A DNA stretch of 32,030 nt, from contig NC_068981.1 of assembly GCF_001194135.2 (NCBI RefSeq), positions 29,496,733 through 29,528,762 on the forward strand, in the 5' to 3' direction. Position 1 is the first letter of the stretch. Every line of letters starts with the position of its first letter. The stretch comes from Octopus bimaculoides. Taxonomy: Eukaryota. This document shows, piece by piece, positions 9,640 to 22,468 of this stretch. The notes below the pieces were generated by a model. The model had not been told where the DNA came from and did no database searches. It saw nothing but the letters and a program-made list of their open reading frames with translations. Position numbers and translations under genes: made by a program.

Positions 9640-9962
9640 TTACACACACACACAGACATACACACACAGACATACACACACGAATGTGTGTGTGAGTTTG
9701 TATGTATTTCTACATACGTGTGCGCGTGCAAACATACGCATTTGTCTCAGACATGTGTGTTTCTTTCTCTCTCTCGCTTTCTCTCTTTGTCTTTCTCTCT
9801 CTCTCTCTCTTTCTACACGCACACACGCATATTTATATACATACACACACACATATATATATTCACATATACACACAAACACACACACATACACATATAC
9901 ACACATATATACATATTTATTCTACTTATACATACAGACACATGTATACATACATACATATG

Positions 9963-10001
<39 letters not shown>

Positions 10002-11246
10002 NNNNNNNNNNNNNNNNNNNNNNNNNNNNNNNNNNNNNNNNNNNNNNNNNNNNNNNNNNNNNNNNNNNNNNNNNNNNNNNNNNNNNNNNNNNNNNNNNNN
10101 NNNNNNNNNNNNNNNNNNNNNNNNNNNNNNNNNNNNNNNNNNNNNNNNNNNNNNNNNNNNNNNNNNNNNNNNNNNNNNNNNNNNNNNNNNNNNNNNNNNN
10201 NNNNNNNNNNNNNNNNNNNNNNNNNNNNNNNNNNNNNNNNNNNNNNNNNNNNNNNNNNNNNNNNNNNNNNNNNNNNNNNNNNNNNNNNNNNNNNNNNNNN
10301 NNNNNNNNNNNNNNNNNNNNNNNNNNNNNNNNNNNNNNNNNNNNNNNNNNNNNNNNNNNNNNNNNNNNNNNNNNNNNNNNNNNNNNNNNNNNNNNNNNNN
10401 NNNNNNNNNNNNNNNNNNNNNNNNNNNNNNNNNNNNNNNNNNNNNNNNNNNNNNNNNNNNNNNNNNNNNNNNNNNNNNNNNNNNNNNNNNNNNNNNNNNN
10501 NNNNNNNNNNNNNNNNNNNNNNNNNNNNNNNNNNNNNNNNNNNNNNNNNNNNNNNNNNNNNNNNNNNNNNNNNNNNNNNNNNNNNNNNNNNNNNNNNNNN
10601 NNNNNNNNNNNNNNNNNNNNNNNNNNNNNNNNNNNNNNNNNNNNNNNNNNNNNNNNNNNNNNNNNNNNNNNNNNNNNNNNNNNNNNNNNNNNNNNNNNNN
10701 NNNNNNNNNNNNNNNNNNNNNNNNNNNNNNNNNNNNNNNNNNNNNNNNNNNNNNNNNNNNNNNNNNNNNNNNNNNNNNNNNNNNNNNNNNNNNNNNNNNN
10801 NNNNNNNNNNNNNNNNNNNNNNNNNNNNNNNNNNNNNNNNNNNNNNNNNNNNNNNNNNNNNNNNNNNNNNNNNNNNNNNNNNNNNNNNNNNNNNNNNNNN
10901 NNNNNNNNNNNNNNNNNNNNNNNNNNNNNNNNNNNNNNNNNNNNNNNNNNNNNNNNNNNNNNNATGTACGTACACATGTATGTATGATTGCATGTACATA
11001 TGTACATAGAAACTCATACACATGCACACTCAAATGTTATAAATATGTGTGTGTTTGGTGTGTGTGTATATGGGTGTTTGTGTGCATGCATGTGTCCGTG
11101 TTGTGTGTGTTGCGGGGAAGTAGTCAGTGTGTGTGAAAGCAATAAGAAAGATATGTGTGTGTGTGTGTGTGTGTACATATATATGTACGTATATACATGC
11201 ATGGATGTGTTTATACAAGCCCATATATGTGTGTGTGTGTGTGTAC

Positions 11247-11281
<35 letters not shown>

Positions 11282-11495
11282 CGTGTGTGTATATATATGT
11301 ATATATACATATGAGGCGGTGAAAACCTACAGTTTATAAATCCCAGTACCCTGTCTATTTGTAATAATTTAATTTAATGTTAATGAAATGAAAGCCGCAG
11401 TAAATGTTGAATAATGACAATGTCGAATTATTTCTGCTAATCTTTATTAAGATAATTTGAAAAAGTTTCATTGTTTGTATTTTATAAGTGTGTGT

Positions 11496-11555
<60 letters not shown>
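9640..11555. repeat. Long compound dinucleotide microsatellite field with N-gap 10002-10963
   Basis: (CA), (CT), (TA) and (TG) tracts interleaved with short unique spacers; another gap follows at 11556-12241. Confidence 0.95.
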
Positions 11556-12292
11556 NNNNNNNNNNNNNNNNNNNNNNNNNNNNNNNNNNNNNNNNNNNNN
11601 NNNNNNNNNNNNNNNNNNNNNNNNNNNNNNNNNNNNNNNNNNNNNNNNNNNNNNNNNNNNNNNNNNNNNNNNNNNNNNNNNNNNNNNNNNNNNNNNNNNN
11701 NNNNNNNNNNNNNNNNNNNNNNNNNNNNNNNNNNNNNNNNNNNNNNNNNNNNNNNNNNNNNNNNNNNNNNNNNNNNNNNNNNNNNNNNNNNNNNNNNNNN
11801 NNNNNNNNNNNNNNNNNNNNNNNNNNNNNNNNNNNNNNNNNNNNNNNNNNNNNNNNNNNNNNNNNNNNNNNNNNNNNNNNNNNNNNNNNNNNNNNNNNNN
11901 NNNNNNNNNNNNNNNNNNNNNNNNNNNNNNNNNNNNNNNNNNNNNNNNNNNNNNNNNNNNNNNNNNNNNNNNNNNNNNNNNNNNNNNNNNNNNNNNNNNN
12001 NNNNNNNNNNNNNNNNNNNNNNNNNNNNNNNNNNNNNNNNNNNNNNNNNNNNNNNNNNNNNNNNNNNNNNNNNNNNNNNNNNNNNNNNNNNNNNNNNNNN
12101 NNNNNNNNNNNNNNNNNNNNNNNNNNNNNNNNNNNNNNNNNNNNNNNNNNNNNNNNNNNNNNNNNNNNNNNNNNNNNNNNNNNNNNNNNNNNNNNNNNNN
12201 NNNNNNNNNNNNNNNNNNNNNNNNNNNNNNNNNNNNNNNNNATATATATATATATATATATATATACATATCGATAGATAGATAACGGAAAA

Positions 12293-12500
12293 TGTTGTTA
12301 ACGTTTCGAGCAAAGCTCTTTGCTGGAAACAGGAATGTCTAAAGAGAAAGAAAGAAATTTAAGAAAAATCGTCAACAGTCGGTTATATTTCTAGAAATGT
12401 AACTGCACATGTACTGTTGGCGATTTTTCTTTACATATCTTTCTTGCTCTTTGGAATTTTCTGATTCCGACGAAGAGCTATGCTCGAAACGTTAAAAACA
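12293..12500. repeat. ~208-bp fold-back palindrome with hammerhead-like motif at each end
   Basis: The left arm 12293-12392 is the reverse complement of the right arm 12393-12500, with scattered mismatches and one ~8-nt indel; centre TTTCT|AGAAA with no spacer. Both ends carry AGAGC-TNT-GCTCGAAACGTTAA. Confidence 0.9.
12467..12494 (+). ncRNA. Minimal hammerhead-like motif (Penelope-type), variant core
   Basis: CCGACGA-A-GAGC-TAT-GCTC-GAAA-CGTT: 4-bp stem II, GAAA, palindromic AACGTT stem III. The core reads CCGA instead of CUGA. A more decayed mirror copy lies at 12298-12326 on the minus strand. Confidence 0.5.
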
Positions 12501-12759
12501 TTGTTTTCCCTCCACTGAGCTCTAATTAATTTATTTGTTCTGTATGACCTCACGTTCGTTTTAATTGTCTGTTTTCTTCTTTTCTCTTTCTTTTTTAATT
12601 CATTCTTTGAATTGACTATTCAATGCACACTCATACGGACCTTCACGCCCTTCCGACTGTTTTTGAATACCTAATTCTTGGACTTCTTTCTCTTATTGGA
12701 TTACGCCACATTTTTGTTCATTCGGAGCACACCATTTCTGCACCTTTGATTACGAATCA

Positions 12760-13345
<586 letters not shown>

Positions 13346-13419
13346 TGTATTTGAATTTGTATTTTTATAACATAATGTCTGTCAATCTGTCTGTTTATAT
13401 CTATTTTCCCTCTCTATAC

Positions 13420-13900
13420 AAATTGAATCCTTCCTGAACCACTTGGGAGTCCCGCTTGAACCCCTCGTCCATAGTGAGAAACAAAAATTAACGATCACTT
13501 TAGGTATCTACATTGTTTCCCATGTTTCTTATTGTTACCATTGCAGTCATTTTGCTCCATGTACCGGGTCACTAATATATTATGGTCAGAATTTTGCTAA
13601 CAGTTCCATCTTATGTTTGGCTTCGTCTTCGTTTATGAAAATGAAGTAAATATTGTTGTACTTATCTTTTTATTATATTTTATTTATTTATTTATTTATT
13701 TTCAATTTTTCGCTGAAGAGTATTTCTTTCTACAAGTATTGATGTGTTTGGTTGTGGCTCCTGTTGCGAGGGTAAATTCAATCCTTATATCTATAAATAA
13801 CATATATACAATATTTACTGTACTCTTTTTTGAGTTTGATCGTACGGCTTAGATACAACAGTTGGTTGAAAAAATTCTCTCAGTTACCTTTTTTCTCCGG
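13420..13900 (-). pseudogene. Decayed ORF1-like retroelement remnant related to 5470-5760 (tentative)
   Basis: CCCGGTACATGGAGCAAAATGACTGCAATGGTAACAATAAG resembles CCCGTACATGGAATAAAGAAATACAAGAATGATAATAAG of the 5.6-kb region (PVHG motif); multiple stops. Confidence 0.25.
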
Positions 13901-14590
13901 AACCGCGTTAAAGTTTTAAAATTTTGTTTGCTCTGCTTGAATAATTGAGAGAAGTTAGCTATAACAATACATGAATGACTGGAAGTGTCTCTTTCCTTGA
14001 ATGTGTCACCATTGTTTTCCTTACCATAGTTATCTTCAAAATTACATCTTGGACGGTTTGAAATATTTTTTATCGCTTAATTATTCATTTAAATGTTCAT
14101 TTTTTTTTCTTTCATTCAGGTATTTGATTTTTTAGTTGTGTTCTTCCTCTTGTGTGCTGTTGTGTTGAAAATTAATTATTACAGATATATTGGCATACGC
14201 TTACAACATACTACACACAAAGAGATGAAGACACAGACACACACACACACACACTACAAATACACCACACAAACATTTATTTTATGAATTCTAAATTACC
14301 CAGAAAAGTACATATAAAATTTTACTGATACCACTTGTGTATTTTAGCTTTATTAATAATGTCTGTTGTTATAGTGAAGTTGAAACATATTTTATCAGAA
14401 ATTTTAGACAGCGAATTACATCTTGTTGAGTTTAGTTTTGAGCATCTCATATTGAAGCTAGTTATTGTAGTTCCAACTAACATTGTGATTCCATTGACTC
14501 ATTTCTTTTATTTGCACTTCTAAAGGTCAATTAAATATCGGGTCTCAAAGCCACCCTCAAAGTCGTTATGTGTATTTATGGATTAAGTTA

Positions 14591-14594
<4 letters not shown>

Positions 14595-14648
<54 letters not shown>
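14595..14648. repeat. (CT)n microsatellite next to N-gap 14649-15275
   Basis: Direct reading. Confidence 0.98.
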
Positions 14649-15326
14649 NNNNNNNNNNNNNNNNNNNNNNNNNNNNNNNNNNNNNNNNNNNNNNNNNNNN
14701 NNNNNNNNNNNNNNNNNNNNNNNNNNNNNNNNNNNNNNNNNNNNNNNNNNNNNNNNNNNNNNNNNNNNNNNNNNNNNNNNNNNNNNNNNNNNNNNNNNNN
14801 NNNNNNNNNNNNNNNNNNNNNNNNNNNNNNNNNNNNNNNNNNNNNNNNNNNNNNNNNNNNNNNNNNNNNNNNNNNNNNNNNNNNNNNNNNNNNNNNNNNN
14901 NNNNNNNNNNNNNNNNNNNNNNNNNNNNNNNNNNNNNNNNNNNNNNNNNNNNNNNNNNNNNNNNNNNNNNNNNNNNNNNNNNNNNNNNNNNNNNNNNNNN
15001 NNNNNNNNNNNNNNNNNNNNNNNNNNNNNNNNNNNNNNNNNNNNNNNNNNNNNNNNNNNNNNNNNNNNNNNNNNNNNNNNNNNNNNNNNNNNNNNNNNNN
15101 NNNNNNNNNNNNNNNNNNNNNNNNNNNNNNNNNNNNNNNNNNNNNNNNNNNNNNNNNNNNNNNNNNNNNNNNNNNNNNNNNNNNNNNNNNNNNNNNNNNN
15201 NNNNNNNNNNNNNNNNNNNNNNNNNNNNNNNNNNNNNNNNNNNNNNNNNNNNNNNNNNNNNNNNNNNNNNNNNNNATATATAATTATGTATGTATGTATA
15301 TATATATATAGATATATAGATATATA

Positions 15327-15482
15327 CGACTGGCTTCTTTCAGCTCCCGACTACCAAATCCACTCACAAGGATTTGGTCAGCCCGGGGCTGTAGTAGAAA
15401 ACACTTGCCCAAGGTGCCACACAGTGGGACTGAACCTGGAACCATGTGGTTGGAAAGCAAGCTTCTTACCACACAGCCACTC
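15327..15482 (-). mobile_element. SINE family A, 5' half
   Basis: Reverse complement matches 1639-1795 (GAGTGGCTGTGTGGTAAG...GGTTCAGTCCCACTGTGTGGCACCTTGGGCAAGTG...GAAAGAAGCCAGTCG). Followed by (TA)n and an N-gap that probably holds the 3' half. Confidence 0.9.
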
Positions 15483-16349
15483 AAACCAATTACTTCTATG
15501 AACTGTTACATAACGAAATGAAATTCTGATATAATCATATCTATAAGATATATGTTATTATTGAATACAAAAATCAAATGTCTACACATTTTTTTCAACA
15601 AAAGGTAACACAGAAATTAAGTTCATATACCAGTAAAACAAATATTTTGCGTTCATTGATGAGTGTATGATCAGGTATGTATAAGCGTGTATATTAACAT
15701 TTCTATTAACTCATAATCTTGGCAATTTTCCAACTTAAAAACTAAATTTCTCAATTATTCTATAATATTTGTGCAATAAATCTTTATAAATTCTTGTTTC
15801 AAACTGAATTATTTGTATTACTTTATTCATATAAAATGTTTTGATTTCTTTATAAACTGTTGCACTTTAAAAGCATATATTTTCGTTTATTAGAAACACA
15901 GTGATGAGATTTTGCATTATGTGTATCGTTATAATGTCATTGCGTCGATATTCAAAAAGAACATATTTATTTTAAGAAATTAATAACAGTATTTTACCTG
16001 ATAATATTCAAGTTGTGATGGTGGTGATCGTGGTAGTGACAATGGTTACAAAGATAAAAGAATGAGATAAAATGAAACGAAATCCCTATAAATAATTGTT
16101 TGAATATTCATTCAGTCATGAAATCTATCACATTTATCTGAAAACATTTAAGTTGATGTTGTGATTATGATGTGTGCAAGTCTACTAATTCAGGGAGAGA
16201 ATAAGAAATGCTTCTTCTCCAACAGAAAATATTTCAAGTATATAATCGAAAGTTAATCAGTGTCTGTTTTGGAGTACTTAAGGATTTTCTTATTGTTAAC
16301 CCAAGAAGCATTAAATAAAAAAAAAGACAATTGACAACATTTTAATTAC

Positions 16350-16402
16350 TTTAAATTCCCACCAAATTGTGAGGCCACGAAAATTCGTTTTTAAATCTGG
16401 TC
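16350..16402 (-). CDS. Candidate 53-nt micro-exon, phase-compatible with 16852-16897
   Basis: Acceptor ATTTTATTTCAAAG| and donor AAA|GTAATT. Frame (G)PDLKTNFRGLTIWWEFK (phase 1 to 0). Confidence 0.2.
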
Positions 16403-16851
16403 CTTTGAAATAAAATTAATACTACTGCATTAGTTTTGCTTTCTTCAAACTTATTTCGAAGCAAATAATTCAAATTGAATTCGAGTAGACTGAAGAATCT
16501 ATCAAGGAAAAATTGCGTGTGTTTTGTAATGCTTTTAAAACTGAAAAACAAAAAACAACAACAAAAAAACGCTGAATAATTTTGATATAAACCTTCAGTG
16601 TGCTTGCCACACATGTAACAGAAATGCTTTTTAGAAGAAAATAAAAAAAGAAAATAAAAAAAGAAAATAGGTCCTGAAAATGGGTGGCAAAAGAATGATT
16701 AGTTTTTGCAAAGGGCATCGAGTAAGATGTAATTCTAAAGACTTGCTCAATGTTTATAGTGTCTGTCAAATAGACTTTTCAACAATTTTATGTCATGTGA
16801 CTCGAAACAATAAATTGGGAGTTGGTATCAACTATTTTATCAGTGTCTTAC

Positions 16852-16897
16852 CCCAGGTGCCAATTGATAAATTATAATTCTCGATTAAACAAAACGA
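16852..16897 (-). CDS. Candidate 46-nt micro-exon
   Basis: Acceptor GTGTTGCTTTACTTTCAG| and donor GGG|GTAAGA. One open frame, SFCLIENYNLSIGTW (phase 0 to 1). Confidence 0.25.
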
Positions 16898-17959
16898 CTG
16901 AAAGTAAAGCAACACAATCTTATATGTCTTGTAAAACGTAATAAATATAAATAAGAGATTTGCTCCGACTACGCCAACGAGAATGGTGATTGTAGTAACA
17001 CTGGAAAAAAATCTTAGTAAAACAATACAAAAAAAAAAGGGAAAAGTAAGAAATGCCTACGAAAAGAAGGCAAACAAAATATTTATCTTAATGCCAGCGT
17101 GTGATAATTTCAGTGATATGAACGAATGTTTCGCAACTGTCAAACTAACGAGTAACACGTTTGCACTAAAAGAAATATTTGATGAAGATGATGCTGATAA
17201 TGACGCGATTACGATAATAATGCTGATGACTCTGAATATGATGACACCATATTTATAATGGCGAATTAATAATGATAACGACATACACACACGAGTTCAT
17301 GGAAGAAGAAAACGACAAGTGGTGTTCTCGTACATGTCTTCCCAATAACACCAAACTACAACGGTTGCCTTACTTGCCATACACGAGCTACCTTTATGAA
17401 TCAAATACCTACAAGCTGAATATTTATGATAATAGCGTAAGTAGCAACAACCAAGGAAATTACTAATTATCTAAATCACAAAATGAGTTGCAAAATGGAA
17501 TAAATGCGTTTAGTGTGAAGGATAAAAGAAATCTAACGAGGTCGAATCGTAATGAGAATGTGTTGATATTAGTTACTTCTCGAAACATAAGAATACCAGA
17601 AGCACAAGACAAACAAAACTTCAATTTCTTTTCTTTATTCCAGTTTCTTGCAGAATTCAATTGGTTAACACAGTTTGTTTAGTTTCAGCCAACTAGGAAT
17701 AAGAAATTTACAAATATGCAAGTCATTGCAGGCATGCAGGTTTATGCGTACATATACCTGCATAAGTGAAATGGATATAAAATATCTCTTTAAATAAAAT
17801 TATTTACTTCCTTTATATAAATACACACCACATATAATTGTGTGAATATTTGCATAATACTCAAGGTGATTGAATTTTGAGGATGCAAGTTCAATGCAAA
17901 TTATTTTGATCGGTTCTGTTTTGGAAACACCAGTATGTCCAAGCTGTTATACAAATCTG

Positions 17960-18532
17960 TTGTTACATACAATTCGGACTTCTTTCCAGCCTGTCGAAAG
18001 TATGTTGAAGTATTTCAGTCCCTTTTGATTTACAAACAGCCCTAACAGTCTTTTCTCCATTTGATATTAGCTGGTGGAAGAAGCGGTTTCCTTCCTTCTG
18101 CACTTCCATAGTAGCCACGTTTGTGGAGATACCTGAAAGCTGTTCTGGGATTGACACCAACTTGTTATGCTATGTCAGAGGCCTGGCAACAAGGATTGTC
18201 CTCCACTCGTCTCTTAACAAAACAAAGGGTCCTGTCAGAGGGCCCGGGTTGACCTGGTCAATGTAATGTAGACTCCTCATCTCTGATGAATTTGCACAAT
18301 CATTCTATTAAATGTAGAAAACGGGATCCCAAGGTTTTCTGCAATTTTACACTAAGCCCACCTTCAGTTGACCCACAATACAACATCCTTGAAATTCTGA
18401 CAGATCCAATGCCTCTTTTGTATGTCGCACGATTAAAGACCACATATAGAACCTGAAGCATAAAAATATCAATTAATAAAAAATGTATACCTTTTCAAGC
18501 TAAACGTAAAACAATAGTTTACGGCCAGTCTA
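17960..18532 (-). mobile_element. Tc1-like transposon remnant (N-terminal DNA-binding half of transposase pseudogene)
   Basis: Across frameshifts it reads DLSEFQ..CIVGQ.EGGLS / KIAENLGIPFSTFNRMIVQ / PGQPGPSDRTLCFVKRRVEDNPCCQASDIA*QVGVNPRTAFRYLHKRGYYGSAEGRKPLLPPANIKWRKD, matching the Tc1 paired-like and HTH_Tnp_Tc3_2 region. The DDE domain is missing. A possible left TIR lies at ~18510-18532 with no partner found. Confidence 0.85.
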
Positions 18533-18903
18533 TTTACTTCTGTCACGCTTGTGCATATCTTTATGTATATATGTATATACACACACACACACGAGTGTGT
18601 GTACTTTTGCGTGTTTGGGGGGGGGGGGGTCTTTTATTCTTATATAGTTTTCAGCCAGAGGATGGGGCCATGCTGGAGCAGAAACTTTCAGTGTTTTGGG
18701 GTCTCCTTTCGGTACTGTTTTTGGTGAAGAAGCGAGTTGGACGAGGCTGCTCTTCTTTGTGTCTCATGGTGTGATGTGGGCTCAACTGATGTTTCACATA
18801 GAAATTTGTCCAGATGTTTTTTCAGCGTTATGTATGCATATATGTATGTCAACGTTATGTATGCATATATGTATGCATGTGCGTATGTACGTATGTATGT
18901 ATG

Positions 18904-20676
18904 TCATTATTCAGAATATTTCAAGATTTCTTGCCAATAGAGAAAGAATCGGTTTCTAACCTAGATCCAAGGCTCCTTCATTGGAATTTCAACATTAACA
19001 ACAGGGTATTTTTGCTTGTATATATCCGTCTGTCTGTATGTATGTATGTATGTATGTATGTGCAGATTTGTATGCTTTATGTATGTATTCTCATGCATAT
19101 AGTTGCATATATAGACATGCTCGTATATATTTAAATGATAAACTTCTGGAAGGTTTTCCAGATTTTTACAGTTCCAGTGATGGATTGGATCTGTAGCCTT
19201 CGAATTAGCTTTTTTCCGTTCTGGTCCTAAGAAGCTCAATTCCTCAAGATTGTTGTTTAGGAAGTGTGTTACCATATCCCAGGGCCCCAAATATTACAGG
19301 TATAAACCTGAACTTGTAATTTGGATAGAGTAGCTGTAGATTTCTCAATAGTTCAGCTTATGTGTTCTCTTTCACCCTGATCTTCAGCTTTATGTTAGCT
19401 TCCGCTGGGCAGCTAATTTCCACAACTGTGCACAGTTTCCCTTCTCTAACCCAAATCATTATATCAGGTCTGTTGTGCTTACATTTTATTGAGGCCTTCA
19501 CTAGTACATTCCACCAGTGTTCATTTTTATTATGATTGGCTATGGCTTCTACCATATTGTGAGGTCTTATTTCTTTGTCCTCGGGATTATCCTTCCGACT
19601 GATTTCATTATAGAGCGTCCAAGCTACAACGTTATGTCTCATCCGTAGATATTAACGTGATGACATTTTCGGACAACTGCTTATGATGTGAGTGATATCT
19701 TCAGTATGAACTCTACAAAGTCTGCATCGGTTGTCACACTTTACGGCTTTACCTGCATCTCTAGCCCTTTTGTGCATCAGTTACTTGGTTGATATTTCCT
19801 GTTCTTTGATTTCAAACGCATACCCTTCAAAGAGAGAAGTAGTAATCCGGCTATTGGTCCATGATAAACTGATGTGATGATCAACGTTACTATCATCACG
19901 GACCTTTCTACTAACATATCCATGCATAGTCTTCTGCTCATATAGGCTCAACCTTTCATCTGGTGATACGTTGTGGTAGAGTCGTGTGACTCCTTGGGCA
20001 TGTATTCTAGGTTATCAGACAAAGAATCTTACTCAAGTAGCTGCCTTCCAAGTCTTACGATGTTATCAGCCTCATGTATGCAAACTTGGTCAAGGGATGC
20101 CGAAGGGATATGCTGCGACATTCAAAGACATTTTGGATCGATGTTAAGCCTCTTCCGCCTTGTCTTCGCTTTAGGTAGAGGCGGTCTACATCATTGTTTA
20201 TGTGGAAATTATGTGTGCTTGTCAGTATTTTTCGGGTTTTCACGTCAATTGCTCGGATCGCATCAAGCGTCCAATCCAGCAGCCTAAATGTTGGTATGAG
20301 TACTGGCACTGCAAGCACATTGTGGGCCACTGTTTTATTGTATGCAGAGAGTTCTGAGGTCCAAATGTTCTTTATTCGGCCGTAATATTCTTTAGTGACA
20401 CATATTTTGTTACAGGTGCCATTGTAAGATATATTTTCATCCTCCCTTTAGATACCTTTAACATTCCTCGTCAGATACAGGGGAAATAGTCAAATCATTG
20501 ATGGTGATGTTACTAGTCTGGTTTATAGTTTTCCCCCTTTTCACAACCATATAACATTTATCCTGACCAAACTCCAATCCTACATCCTTTGAGAATGTTG
20601 TAACTATGTCAAGGCTCTTTTTCATCTCATGAATATTCTTTGCATAAAGTTTTAAATCATACACAAAGAAACAGTG
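18904..20676 (-). mobile_element. 5'-truncated R4/Dong-clade non-LTR retrotransposon (RT C-terminus, CCHC, restriction-like endonuclease, 3' UTR)
   Basis: HCFFVYDLKLYAKN (degenerate xxDD motif), VGLEFGQDKC, DVKTRKILT...DVDRLYLKRRQGGRGL, CRLC...HIISSC zinc knuckle, MRHN, HNRPDI...VVEISCP, FIPVIFGALGY, IQSITGTVKIWKTFQKFII* (stop at 19131-19133). The 3' UTR runs to ~18904 and is followed by (CATA)n. Several frameshifts and stops. Confidence 0.93.
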
Positions 20677-21375
20677 TGTGTATGAATGTATGTATGTATG
20701 ATATGTATGTATACAATGCACATAAAAAACGCAAAATGAAAACAGTTGCAATGTGTTTGAATTCACAAACAAAAAAAAAAACAGAGGTTAAAAGCTTTAT
20801 ATGCTTTCCCTGTAATATATCTTTNNNNNNNNNNNNNNNNNNNNNNNNNNNNNNNNNNNNNNNNNNNNNNNNNNNNNNNNNNNNNNNNNNNNNNNNNNNN
20901 NNNNNNNNNNNNNNNNNNNNNNNNNNNNNNNNNNNNNNNNNNNNNNNNNNNNNNNNNNNNNNNNNNNNNNNNNNNNNNNNNNNNNNNNNNNNNNNNNNNN
21001 NNNNNNNNNNNNNNNNNNNNNNNNNNNNNNNNNNNNNNNNNNNNNNNNNNNNNNNNNNNNNNNNNNNNNNNNNNNNNNNNNNNNNNNNNNNNNNNNNNNN
21101 NNNNNNNNNNNNNNNNNNNNNNNNNNNNNNNNNNNNNNNNNNNNNNNNNNNNNNNNNNNNNNNNNNNNNNNNNNNNNNNNNNNNNNNNNNNNNNNNNNNN
21201 NNNNNNNNNNNNNNNNNNNNNNNNNNNNNNNNNNNNNNNNNNNNNNNNNNNNNNNNNNNNNNNNNNNNNNNNNNNNNNNNNNNNNNNNNNNNNNNNNNNN
21301 NNNNNNNNNNNNNNNNNNNNNNNNNNNNNNNNNNNNNNNNNNNNNNNNNNNNNNNNNNNNNNNNNNNNNNNNNNN

Positions 21376-21555
21376 GGTGGTGGTGGTGGTGGTGGTTGTG
21401 GTGGTGGTGGTGGTGGTGGTGCTGGTGCTGGTGCTGGTGGTGCTGCTGGTGGTGACGTTGCTGATGGTGCTGCAGCTGCTGCTATTGCTTCTGCTAATGT
21501 TACTTCTGCTGTTTCTGCTGCAACTGCTGCAGTTTTTGCTGCTGCTGCTGTTGTG
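21376..21555. repeat. Trinucleotide array grading from (GGT)n to degenerate (GCT)n, after N-gap 20825-21375
   Basis: Direct reading. Confidence 0.95.
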
Positions 21556-22069
21556 GGTGGCTGCAGTTCGTCATGATAGTAGTAGTGGTTGTAGTGATGA
21601 TTTTGGAGAAGAGAGAAGAGAAGATGAAGGAGGCGTCAACAATGATATTCCAAGTGGCAGGTTGTCATGGATACTGACCTTGCTGTTGTTGTTAGTTTTA
21701 TTTGATCGCTTTCCGCTGACATGTGACAGACAAAACTAAACGAAACCTTGCTATCATTCCACAGATACTTTACTCCGTATATTCAAATAGATGATATCAT
21801 TTTTAAGAATTTGGCGCACGATTAAGTAGATGGGCAATGACATTACTTTGGGACATATTTTAAAATTTAGGATTTGATAACTATAGGTACTGCTAAAAAA
21901 TGCGAATTTGTAAAAGCTGATGAATCTTTCGCCATTCTACTTGTTAGGTGTCATAAAATACATCTTTTATGACTTTTTGCTTTTACAGTTTTCTCCATCA
22001 GTTTTATATTTCTTCTTCATTAACTAGCTATCTCTCTTTCCACTCTCGTCTTTCTCTCATTCTCTTCCT

Positions 22070-22188
22070 CTGCGTGTGTGTATGTTTGTGTGTATAGGTA
22101 TGTGTGCATGTATGTTTGTATATATGTATATGTGTATGTGTGTGTGTGTATGACATACATCCACCAGAGCCAATCGGAACAAGATTAC

Positions 22189-22235
<47 letters not shown>

Positions 22236-22244
22236 CAGATAGAC

Positions 22245-22275
<31 letters not shown>

Positions 22276-22288
22276 TATATAGATAGAT

Positions 22289-22331
<43 letters not shown>

Positions 22332-22394
22332 TAGACAGATAGATATATAGATAGATAGATAGATAGATAGATAAAGAGAGAGAGAGAGAGAGAC

Positions 22395-22447
<53 letters not shown>

Positions 22448-22468
22448 TATAGATAGATAGATAGATAA
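22070..22468. repeat. Compound (TG)/(GATA)/(GA)/(GACA) microsatellite
   Basis: Direct reading. Confidence 0.97.

Noticed and set aside
15998-16137. Minus-strand segment with good acceptor and donor (TTTTCAG ... CAG|GTAAAA)
   Set aside because: All three frames hit stops early; at best non-coding or terminal, and unsupported.
16983-17660. Acidic, low-complexity ORFs (EIFDEDDADND...) suggestive of a piggyBac N-terminus or a real exon
   Set aside because: No transposase motifs, TTAA/TIR ends or convincing splice sites; frames are short and broken.
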